A DNA stretch of 19,329 nt from Candidatus Geohabitans tengchongensis (lineage in GTDB: Bacteria; Sysuimicrobiota; Sysuimicrobiia; Sysuimicrobiales; Humicultoraceae): the NCBI GenBank assembly GCA_031459625.1, contig JAVKIH010000036.1, forward strand, positions 1 to 19,329, written 5' to 3'. A program made the position numbers and the translations under genes. Of this stretch, positions 1 through 6,784 are shown piece after piece. The notes beneath the pieces are model-generated. The model saw nothing but the letters and a program-made list of their open reading frames with translations, did not search any database and had not been told where the DNA came from. Position 1 is the stretch's first letter; each line of letters starts with the position of its first letter.

Positions 1-520
1 CGAAGGCGCGCAGGATCTGGCGCGCGTTCACCTCCGTCCCGCTCCCCGGCGCCCCCACCGCCACCCGCCGGTCCCGCAGGTCGGCGATGGACCGGATCCC
101 CTTCCCCCGCAGCGTCACCACCTGGATCGTCTCCGGGTACAGCATCGCCATCCCCCGCAGGTTCGCCACCGGCTGCGGCCGGTTGTTCACCCGGTCCATG
201 AACATCTCGATCCCGTGGAAGGCGTAGTAGGCGATGTCGTTCTGCACGAAGGCCACGCCCACGTCCCCCCGGGCAATGAGCTGGATGTTGGCCACCGACG
301 CCCCGGAGGTCTGCGCCGTGGCCTGCACCCCCGGCACGCGGCTCGACCAGATCTCGGCCAGCGCCGCGCCCAGCGGGAAGTAGACCCCGGCCGTCCCGCC
401 GGTGGCGACGGCGATGAAGGTGCGGGGCTGCGCCGCCGCCGGCCAGCCCACCGCGGCGACCAGCAGGAGTGCGAGCCCGATGCGCCGGATGGCGCGGCGA
501 CGGGATGTGACGACTGCCAT
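1..520 (-). CDS. TAXI family TRAP transporter solute-binding protein (3' end beyond window)
   Basis: Not in the ORF track. Manual translation from ATG at 520 gives MAVVTSRRRAIRRIGLALLLVAAVGWPAAAQPRTFIAVATGGTAGVYFPLG...QTSGASVANIQL...DVAFVQNDIAYYA...MLYPETIQVV. These are typical TAXI motifs after a signal peptide, with SD GAGGGAGGG upstream. Confidence 0.9.
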   Translation of the reverse strand, partial: MAVVTSRRRAIRRIGLALLLVAAVGWPAAAQPRTFIAVATGGTAGVYFPLGAALAEIWSSRVPGVQATAQTSGASVANIQLIARGDVGVAFVQNDIAYYAFHGIEMFMDRVNNRPQPVANLRGMAMLYPETIQVVTLRGKGIRSIADLRDRRVAVGAPGSGTEVNARQILRAF

Positions 521-548
521 GGCGCTCTGTTCCCTCCCTCGGCGACGC

Positions 549-567
549 CCCGCCCGTGAGGACGGGG
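549..567 (-). other. Intergenic GC stem-loop between the binding-protein genes
   Basis: Minus strand CCCCGTCC-TCAC-GGGCGGGG; no U-tract, so not a clear terminator. Confidence 0.35.
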
Positions 568-576
568 CCGTGGTCT

Positions 577-1689
577 TCAGGGTCCGACCGTGCTGAACCG
601 TCCGCCCTCCACCCGCGTGATGACGACGTCCCGCACCGGGTCGCCCCAGCGGTCGAAGGCGAGCTCGCCTGTCACACCGGGGAACCGCCGGACGCCGGCG
701 ACGGCCTCGCGGACGCGCGTGCGGTCGGGACCGCCGCGGCGCACCGCGAAGGCCACCAGGCGCACGGCGTCGTAGGCCTGCGCGGCGAACTGGTCGGGGG
801 TCTGCCCGTACCGCTCCCGGTAGCGCGCCACGAAGTCGCGCACCAGCGGCAGCGGCACGTCCGGCGCGAAGCCAGCCGGCACGTAGAGCCCCGCCGCCGC
901 CTCGCCCGCCCAGGCCAGGGTGTCGGGAGAGTAGAGCGCATCCGAGCCCGCCACCACCAGGCGCGGCGCCGCCGCGCGCAGGGCCCGCAGCACCTGCGCC
1001 CCCTCGTCGGGATAGCCGGCCAGGAAGACGGCCTGCGCCCCCTCCTCCCCCGGGCCGCGGGCGTGCCGGGTGAAGTCGCGGTCCCCGTCGCGGTAGAGGC
1101 GCAGGCTGGTGATCTGCCCGCCCCGCCGCCGCACTGCCTCGGCGAAGGCCATGGCCACCGTGGTGCCGTAGTCGTTGCTGTCGTGCACGACGGCGATGCG
1201 CCGCAGGCCCAGCCGCTCCACCAGGTGGGCAGCCACGGCCTGCGCCTGGGTGCGCGCGGGGAGCGCGGTGCGGAAGACGTAGTGACCGCCGTAGGGGAGC
1301 TGTCCGGTGGCCCCGGGGGAGATCAGGACGAGGCGGTGGCGCTCGGCCGCCGGGGCCGCGGCGATGGTGGTCGGGTCGGTAAGCGGGCCCACCACCGCCA
1401 CGACCTCCTGGGCCGCGAACGCCGCGAACAGCCGCGTGGCTTCCTCGGGCACCCCGCGGTCGTCCACGACCGTGAGGACCAGACGGCGCCCGCCCGCACC
1501 CCGGTCGGCGTTCACCTCGTCCGCGGCGAGCTGCGCCCCCTGCACCGCCGAGCGGGCGGCGCCCGGCACGCCGCTCGTGAGCGGCACGATCACGCCGACG
1601 CGCACCGTCGTCCCGGCGCTCCCGCGCCCCGCACAGGCGGCGGCGGTCAGCGCCAGCGCCAGCAGGGCCAGCGCCCGCACGGGGCGCAC
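577..1689 (-). CDS. Liv-type (branched-chain amino acid/HAAT) ABC transporter substrate-binding lipoprotein
   Basis: Lipoprotein signal VRPVRALALLALALTAAAC, then VRVGVIVPLT, GAQLAADEVN, DDRGVPEEA, VVGPLT, LISPGAT, YVFRT, DYG, AQAYDAV and FPGVTGELAFD. Start set at GTG 1689 (alternative 1680) rather than the ORF-track start at 1776. Confidence 0.88.
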   Translation of the reverse strand: MRPVRALALLALALTAAACAGRGSAGTTVRVGVIVPLTSGVPGAARSAVQGAQLAADEVNADRGAGGRRLVLTVVDDRGVPEEATRLFAAFAAQEVVAVVGPLTDPTTIAAAPAAERHRLVLISPGATGQLPYGGHYVFRTALPARTQAQAVAAHLVERLGLRRIAVVHDSNDYGTTVAMAFAEAVRRRGGQITSLRLYRDGDRDFTRHARGPGEEGAQAVFLAGYPDEGAQVLRALRAAAPRLVVAGSDALYSPDTLAWAGEAAAGLYVPAGFAPDVPLPLVRDFVARYRERYGQTPDQFAAQAYDAVRLVAFAVRRGGPDRTRVREAVAGVRRFPGVTGELAFDRWGDPVRDVVITRVEGGRFSTVGP

Positions 1690-1778
1690 CCTTCGCGCCG
1701 GGGCTGGCGGAAGGTGTCGACGGTGTCCGGAGGTCTCTGGGCTCATGCGCGCATCGGCAGGACGCCCCGACGACACAC

Positions 1779-1814
1779 CGACGGCGCCCCCAGGGACCCC
1801 GGTGGGCGCCGTCG
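1779..1814 (-). promoter_or_regulatory. 11-bp perfect hairpin, probable riboswitch expression platform or attenuator
   Basis: CGACGGCGCCC (1779-1789) and GGGCGCCGTCG (1804-1814) form a perfect inverted repeat about 35 nt downstream of the aptamer. It is followed on the minus strand by GTGTGTCGT, a poor U-tract. Confidence 0.5.
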
Positions 1815-1847
1815 TGACAGCGCCTGCACACGCGCGCCGCGCACCCC

Positions 1848-1922
1848 GGCGGCAACCCGGCGGGCCCGGGTGGGCTCCGTGGCTTTGCGTCCCCGCCTCG
1901 CGGCGGGTTTGCCCTTGTCGCC
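1848..1922 (-). ncRNA. Cyclic di-GMP-I (GEMM-I) riboswitch aptamer
   Basis: Minus strand GGCG-ACAA-GGGCAAA-CCCGCC-GCGA-GGCGGG-GACGCAAAGCC-ACGGAGCCCACCCGGGCCCG-CCGGGTTGC-CGCC. It has the GEMM hallmarks GGCAAACC, a GNRA-capped P2, GGACGCAAAGCC and GGGUUGCCG, and P1 GGCG/CGCC closes correctly. Confidence 0.92.
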
Positions 1923-2007
1923 TTGCTTCCCTAAATCACTGCCAACTCTGCCGCGTCCTTGCCGCTCATCCCCTCCGTGCCCACGTCGTTTCGGACTTAG
2001 ACTTCCC

Positions 2008-3108
2008 TCAGCCGCCCCCGACCCGGCGGCTCCCCGGCACCGACCGCGGGCTTCCTTCGGGCGACGGGCGGCGGTCGCCTTCGGTCGGCGACGCCGGATA
2101 GCGGGCCAGCAGCCGGCGGTAGAGTGTCATGACGTTGTAGACGTACCAGCGGGTCTCCGCGTAGGGCGGGACGCCCCCGTACCGCGCCACCGCGCCCTTG
2201 CCCGCGTTGTAGGCCGCCAGCGCCAGGTGGAGGTTGGTCCAGCCGTACCGGTCCAGGTGGCCCCGCAACACCCGCACCGTCCCGTAGACGTTCTGCACCG
2301 GGTCGTCGGCGTCCACTCCCAGGGCGGCGGCGGTGGCCGGCATCAGCTGCCCCAGCCCCATGGCCCCCTTGGGCGACCGGGCCCGCGGCGCGAACCCGGA
2401 CTCGATGGCGATCACCGAGACAATCAGGCGCGGGTCGAGGTTGTAGTGGTGGCCGTAGCCTAGGATGGCGGCGGCGATGAGCGAGGCCTCCACCTCGCTC
2501 AACGCCGGGTTGTAGGCGCGGGCGAGGCGGTGGTAGGTGCGCGGGTCGAGCACCGCCGGCGCCGCGGCCGGAGCGCGGCGCGCCGCCGGCGAGGTCAGCG
2601 GCTGGAGGGCCCACAGGCCGCGCCGCGCCAGCTCGGCGGCCGGGCCGGCGGGGCGCAGCCGCAGGACCTGCCGGAAGGCGTGGCGGGCTCCGGCCACATC
2701 ACCCCGCTGCGCCTGCACGTACCCGAACCACAGCCACAGGTCGGGGCTGTGGGGGGCCAGGGCGAGGGCCCGCCGCAGCACGGCGCGCGCGTCGGCGAGA
2801 CGGCGCCGGTGGTAGAGGACGGCGGCCAGCCACTGGTGAGCCTGCGGGTCGCGCGGCCGCAAGACCACCGCGCGGCGGAAGGCCGCCTCGGCGGCGCGCA
2901 GGTGCCCGCGGCGATAGAGCGCTACCCCGTGCGTCAGGGCGGAGGGCGGCTCGGCCCGGGCTGGCACCGCGGCGGCGGGAGCGGGCGGGCCGGCGGACGC
3001 GGCGGCGGCCGGGGCGGCAGACGCGGCGGCGGCCGGGGCGGCCGGGCCGACGGACGTCGCCACCACCGCCCCCGCGAGCAGCAGGAGCACGGCCGCCCGG
3101 CGGGTCAC
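2008..3108 (-). CDS. Secreted TPR-repeat plus SLT-domain lytic transglycosylase
   Basis: Signal peptide, Ala/Pro linker, about 3 TPR-like repeats, then SLT motifs VIAIESGF (catalytic Glu), GAMGLGQLM, ALAAYNAG and ETRWYV. The GTG start overlaps the upstream stop (GTGA). Confidence 0.9.
   Translation of the reverse strand: MTRRAAVLLLLAGAVVATSVGPAAPAAAASAAPAAAASAGPPAPAAAVPARAEPPSALTHGVALYRRGHLRAAEAAFRRAVVLRPRDPQAHQWLAAVLYHRRRLADARAVLRRALALAPHSPDLWLWFGYVQAQRGDVAGARHAFRQVLRLRPAGPAAELARRGLWALQPLTSPAARRAPAAAPAVLDPRTYHRLARAYNPALSEVEASLIAAAILGYGHHYNLDPRLIVSVIAIESGFAPRARSPKGAMGLGQLMPATAAALGVDADDPVQNVYGTVRVLRGHLDRYGWTNLHLALAAYNAGKGAVARYGGVPPYAETRWYVYNVMTLYRRLLARYPASPTEGDRRPSPEGSPRSVPGSRRVGGG
2996..3042. 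repeat. Tandem duplication, period 24 bp (encodes AAPAAAAS twice)
   Basis: GACGCGGCGGCGGCCGGGGCGGC at 2996-3018 and 3020-3042. Confidence 0.75.
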
Positions 3109-3458
3109 GTCAACTGCTCCACCAGTTCGCTGCGACGCCTCTTGATGGCCAGCCGCGCCCGGGCCACGTTGCCGCCGGCCCGCAACACGACGGCCACGAA
3201 GTGCTCCGGGGTGAGGGCCATGACCAGCAGGGCCAGGCGGTCCATGGTGACGGAGACCGCGTCGAGGTCGCCGCCGTCGAGCTTGCGGGCGCAGAATGCC
3301 CCCAGTTTCATCAGAGTGGCCAGGTCGGCGGCCATCCGCCCCAGGTCCACCCCGCCCTCCTTCACCACGACCTCCACGACGGTGCCGTCCATCCCGCCCA
3401 CCGCGGCGGCGCGGGCGTCGTCGAGGATGAGTTCCTGCAGGAGGGGGCGGAGGCCCAT
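3105..3458 (-). CDS. Roadblock/LC7 domain protein (MglB-like)
   Basis: 117 aa with AAAVGGMDGTVVE and the C-terminal VAVVLRAGGNVARARLAIKRRRSEL pattern typical of Roadblock/LC7. Confidence 0.8.
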   Translation of the reverse strand: MGLRPLLQELILDDARAAAVGGMDGTVVEVVVKEGGVDLGRMAADLATLMKLGAFCARKLDGGDLDAVSVTMDRLALLVMALTPEHFVAVVLRAGGNVARARLAIKRRRSELVEQLT

Positions 3459-3461
3459 GGA

Positions 3462-3536
3462 CTAGTCGGTGGAGCGCACAGCCGTCCCCTGGGTTCGACG
3501 GGCGGCGGGCCGGTCCTGCCGCACCAGCACGCTCAC
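3462..3536 (-). CDS. Possible 24-aa micro-ORF bridging HD-GYP and Roadblock genes
   Basis: GTG overlaps the HD-GYP TGA (GTGA) with GGGAGGG just upstream. It ends at TAG three nt before, and in frame with, the Roadblock ATG. Confidence 0.25.
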   Translation of the reverse strand: MSVLVRQDRPAARRTQGTAVRSTD

Positions 3537-5158
3537 GAGCCCTCCCGCCACATGCGCAGCTGGATGTCGAAGGGCGGTTTGGTGGCCAGGACGCGCAGGA
3601 AGGTCTCCACGACCGCCGGGTCGAGGGTGGTGCCCGCCATCCGCCGCACCTCCTCCACCGCCTCGGTCAGGCTCTTCCCGCGCCGGTAGGGGCGGTCGGA
3701 GATGAGGGCGTCGAAGGTGTCGGCCACGCGGATGATGCGCGCGCCGAGCGGGATCGCCTCCCCGGCCAGCCCGTCGGGGTAGCCGGTGCCGTCGTAGCTC
3801 TCCTGGTGGTGGAGGACCAGGTCGACGAGGGGCCGGAAGGGCCGCATCTCCCGCAGGATGGCCGCGCCGCGCTCGGCGTGCTGGTTCACGATCAGCCGCT
3901 CCTCGGCCGAGAGGCTCCCGCGCTTGCGCAGGATGTGCTCGGGGGTGGCGATCTTCCCGATGTCGTGCAACAGGCTGGCCAGGCGGATCTGCTCCACCTG
4001 CTCGGGCGGCAGGCCCATCTCCGCGGCGATGGCCGCCGCGCTGGTGGCCACCCGCTGGGAGTGGCCGCGGGTGTAGGGATCCTTCGCCTCCAGCGCGGCG
4101 GTGAGCGTGTTCACGGCGCTGTAGAGGAGGTCGCGCAGCTGCTCCTGCACGCGCGCGTCGTGGATGACCACAGTGGCCTGGTCGGCCAGCACGCGCAGCG
4201 CTTCCACCTCGTTCCGGGAGAAGCGCCGCCCGTTGGAGCGCCCGGCCAGGGCGAAGCCGAGGGTCCGCCCCTCGATCTGGAGGGGCACCGCCAGCGCGGC
4301 CGCCGCCTCCAACCCGGCGAAGGACTCGGTCCACTCCGGGTCGAGGTCCATCCGCTCCGTCACCGCCACCTCACCCGCCCCCAGCACCCGCGCCACGACC
4401 CCGCTGTCCGGCAGCACCCGCCGGCCGCGCCACTCCCGCAGCTCCAGGTTGCGCACGCCGGCCACCGTCGGCACCCCGTCCTCGTCCAGCAGGGCCACCA
4501 GGCCGACGTCGGCGCGCCCCACCTCCAGGAGGTCCGTGAGGAAGCGCTCCACCCGCGTCTCCAGGGGGAGGGCCGCCATCTGGCGCATCGTCGAGGCGGC
4601 GCGGTCGAGCCGCTGCCACTGCGCCCGCGCGGCGCGGGCCGCCTCCAGCCGGGCGAGGAGGCTGCGGCGGTGGAGGAGGCGGGCCGAGCCCAGCACGCCG
4701 CCGAGGAGGGGGAGGAGGACGGCGGTCTGCACGACCGCCCGCAGGCCGCTCTGCGCACCGGCCAGCAGGCCGAAGACGGCCGCCGCGGCCAGCCCGGCCA
4801 GCGCCCCGCTGAGCGGGCCGGTCCCGACCGCCGACCAGGCCAGGACGACCGGGAAGTACAGGTAGAAGACGCTGTCCGCCCCCGCGGTCAGGCGGGTGAG
4901 CCCGCCGACGAGGAGCAGGTCGGTGGCCAGCCAGGCGGCCTCCGCCCGGGCGCGGTGCCGGGTGCGGGCGAGCAGGAGGGGCCCGAGCACAGTGCTGACC
5001 GCCAGCAGCCCCAACAGGAGGAGGGGCCCGAGCGGAGAGCGGTGGGGCAGGGCGCCGGCCAGGCCGGCCGAAGGGTCGACGAGGACGAAGAGGACGCCCA
5101 CCGCGACGGCGGCGAGCCGCAGGATGAGCACGCTCCGGGTGTTGTCGGTGAGCCGCAC
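3533..5158 (-). CDS. Membrane-anchored GAF plus HD-GYP domain protein (cyclic dinucleotide phosphodiesterase)
   Basis: About 5-6 N-terminal hydrophobic helices; GAF-like segment (AALAVPLQIEGRTLG...RFSRNEVEALRVLADQA); HD-GYP motifs EAKDPYTRGHSQRV, LLHDIGK, HHQESYDGTGYP and RIIRVADTFDALISDRPYR; SD GGAGG 8 nt before GTG. Confidence 0.92.
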   Translation of the reverse strand: MRLTDNTRSVLILRLAAVAVGVLFVLVDPSAGLAGALPHRSPLGPLLLLGLLAVSTVLGPLLLARTRHRARAEAAWLATDLLLVGGLTRLTAGADSVFYLYFPVVLAWSAVGTGPLSGALAGLAAAAVFGLLAGAQSGLRAVVQTAVLLPLLGGVLGSARLLHRRSLLARLEAARAARAQWQRLDRAASTMRQMAALPLETRVERFLTDLLEVGRADVGLVALLDEDGVPTVAGVRNLELREWRGRRVLPDSGVVARVLGAGEVAVTERMDLDPEWTESFAGLEAAAALAVPLQIEGRTLGFALAGRSNGRRFSRNEVEALRVLADQATVVIHDARVQEQLRDLLYSAVNTLTAALEAKDPYTRGHSQRVATSAAAIAAEMGLPPEQVEQIRLASLLHDIGKIATPEHILRKRGSLSAEERLIVNQHAERGAAILREMRPFRPLVDLVLHHQESYDGTGYPDGLAGEAIPLGARIIRVADTFDALISDRPYRRGKSLTEAVEEVRRMAGTTLDPAVVETFLRVLATKPPFDIQLRMWREGS

Positions 5159-5270
5159 CTGCCGCGCCTCCGCGCCTCCTGCGTCCGACCGTGACCGGGT
5201 GCTGCGCCGGGCCGTGACAGGAGGAGATATGCCCGCGCGTCGACGTGCTGAGACCGCCCGTGCGGGGTCC

Positions 5271-5792
5271 CTAGCGCTCCGATTCGGCGGGGGGCAGGTC
5301 CAGCAGGCGGAGCAGCCACCGCTCGACGCGGCGGCTCAGGTAGCGGGTCGTGGGCAGCTCGCGGGGGCTGAGCGGGGTCACCAGGATGGTGTAGAGCCCC
5401 AGGCGGTTGCCGGCCAGCATGTCGGTGAGGAGCTGGTCGCCGATCATGGCGGTCTCCGCGGGGCCCGTCCCCATGAGCGCCATCGCCTGGCGCAGCATCG
5501 AGACCGCCGGCTTGATGAAGCCCCGCGCCACCGGGATGCCGAGGCGCTCGGCCACCGTGGTCACGCGGCGGGCGCGGCTGTTCGTCACCAGCACGGCGCC
5601 CAAGCCCGCCTCGCGCACCCGGCGCATCCAGACCAGGACCGCGTCGGTGACCTCGCGGCTGCCGTGGGGCAGGAGGGTGTTGTCCAGGTCGAGGATGAGG
5701 CCGCGGATGCCCTGGGCGCGCAGCGCTTCGAGGTCGATGTCGAAGACCGAGCGCCGGCGCAGCCGGGGCCGGAAGAGGTCGAGCAGCCTCAC
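5271..5792 (-). CDS. yqeG: YqeG family HAD IIIA phosphatase
   Basis: SVFDIDLEALRAQGIRGLILDLDNTL, VTNS, KP and MIGDQLLTDMLAGNRLGLYTILV. GTG 5792 overlaps the mltG stop (GTGA). Confidence 0.9.
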   Translation of the reverse strand: MRLLDLFRPRLRRRSVFDIDLEALRAQGIRGLILDLDNTLLPHGSREVTDAVLVWMRRVREAGLGAVLVTNSRARRVTTVAERLGIPVARGFIKPAVSMLRQAMALMGTGPAETAMIGDQLLTDMLAGNRLGLYTILVTPLSPRELPTTRYLSRRVERWLLRLLDLPPAESER

Positions 5793-6781
5793 CGTCGGTA
5801 GCGCCGCACGTTGGCCAGGTGCTCCTCGAAGGTGCGGCTGAAGGCGTGGCGGCCGTCGGGGCGGAGGACGTAGAAGAGGTAGGGCACGCGCGCCGGCGCG
5901 AGCGCGGCCCGCAGCGCCCCCCACCCCGGGTTGGCGATCGGCCCCGGGGGGAGCCCGGCATGCCGGTAGGTGTTGTAGGGCGAGTCCACCTGCAGGTCGC
6001 GTTCGGTGACCACCGGCCGGTGCTGGCCCAGGGCGTAGAGGACGGTGGCGTCGATCTCCAGGCGCATCCCCCGGCGCAGCCGGTTGTAGATGACCCCGGC
6101 GATCACCGGCTGCTCGTCGGGGATCCGGGCCTCCCGCTCCACCAGCGAGGCGATGATGACGGCCTCGTGGAAGGAGACGCCCTGGGCGCGGGCGAGGGCG
6201 CGCCACGCCTGGGGCACCCGCTCCCCGAAGCGGTCGAGCATGCGGGCGACCACCTGCCGCGCGGGCAGCCCCCGCGGCAGGTGGTAGGTGTCGGGGAAGA
6301 GGTAGCCTTCCAGATTAGGGCGGCCCGGGAGGAACGGGTGGGGGAAGGTCGCCCCCTCCTCCGTGGCCACGCGCAGGAAGGCCGTCCGGTCCCCCAGCCC
6401 CCGGGCGGCCAGCAGGTCGGCGATCTGCACCAGGGTGGACCCCTCGGGGATCGTGAGCGGGTGGAGGAGCACCTGACCCCGGGCCAGGCGGTCGAGGATC
6501 TCGAGCGTGGACATGGCCGGGGAGAGCGCGTACTCCCCGGACTGCAGCCGGCCCTCCAGCCGCCGCACCCGGGCCGCCACCTCGAACGCGGCGGGTGAGC
6601 GCAGGAGCCCGGCCTGGGCCAGCCGACGGGCGATCTGGCGGACGGTGGCTCCGGGGGGGATCTGCACCACCCGGACGGGGCCGGCGGGGTCGCGCGGAGC
6701 GACCGCCGCCGCGCCCACGGCAAAGGCCCCGGCCGCACCGGCCAGGGCCCCCAGGATCAGGACCGCTGCGACCAGCCGCAG
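5789..6781 (-). CDS. mltG: Endolytic transglycosylase MltG (YceG)
   Basis: LTIPEG, LEGYLFPDTY, IIASLVERE, VIYNRL, LEIDAT, SPYNTY, GLPPGPIANPG and YLFYV. The N-terminal TM helix begins 21 codons upstream of the ORF-track GTG (6718), at CTG 6781. Confidence 0.93.
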   Translation of the reverse strand: MRLVAAVLILGALAGAAGAFAVGAAAVAPRDPAGPVRVVQIPPGATVRQIARRLAQAGLLRSPAAFEVAARVRRLEGRLQSGEYALSPAMSTLEILDRLARGQVLLHPLTIPEGSTLVQIADLLAARGLGDRTAFLRVATEEGATFPHPFLPGRPNLEGYLFPDTYHLPRGLPARQVVARMLDRFGERVPQAWRALARAQGVSFHEAVIIASLVEREARIPDEQPVIAGVIYNRLRRGMRLEIDATVLYALGQHRPVVTERDLQVDSPYNTYRHAGLPPGPIANPGWGALRAALAPARVPYLFYVLRPDGRHAFSRTFEEHLANVRRYRR

Positions 6782-6784
6782 CGG

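Noticed and set aside
1848..1922. 3',3'-cGAMP (GEMM-Ib) specificity for the riboswitch
   Set aside because: The specificity position equivalent to Vc2 nucleotide 20 is G, not A.
1928..1947. TTGGCAGTGATTTAGG as a sigma54 promoter for the riboswitch
   Set aside because: The -12 position has GG instead of the required GC.
5219..5801. Plus-strand ORF starting at AGGAGGAGAT-ATG (5229), antisense to yqeG
   Set aside because: No recognisable protein; it is a shadow frame of yqeG, and the SD-like run is better explained as a minus-strand anti-SD.
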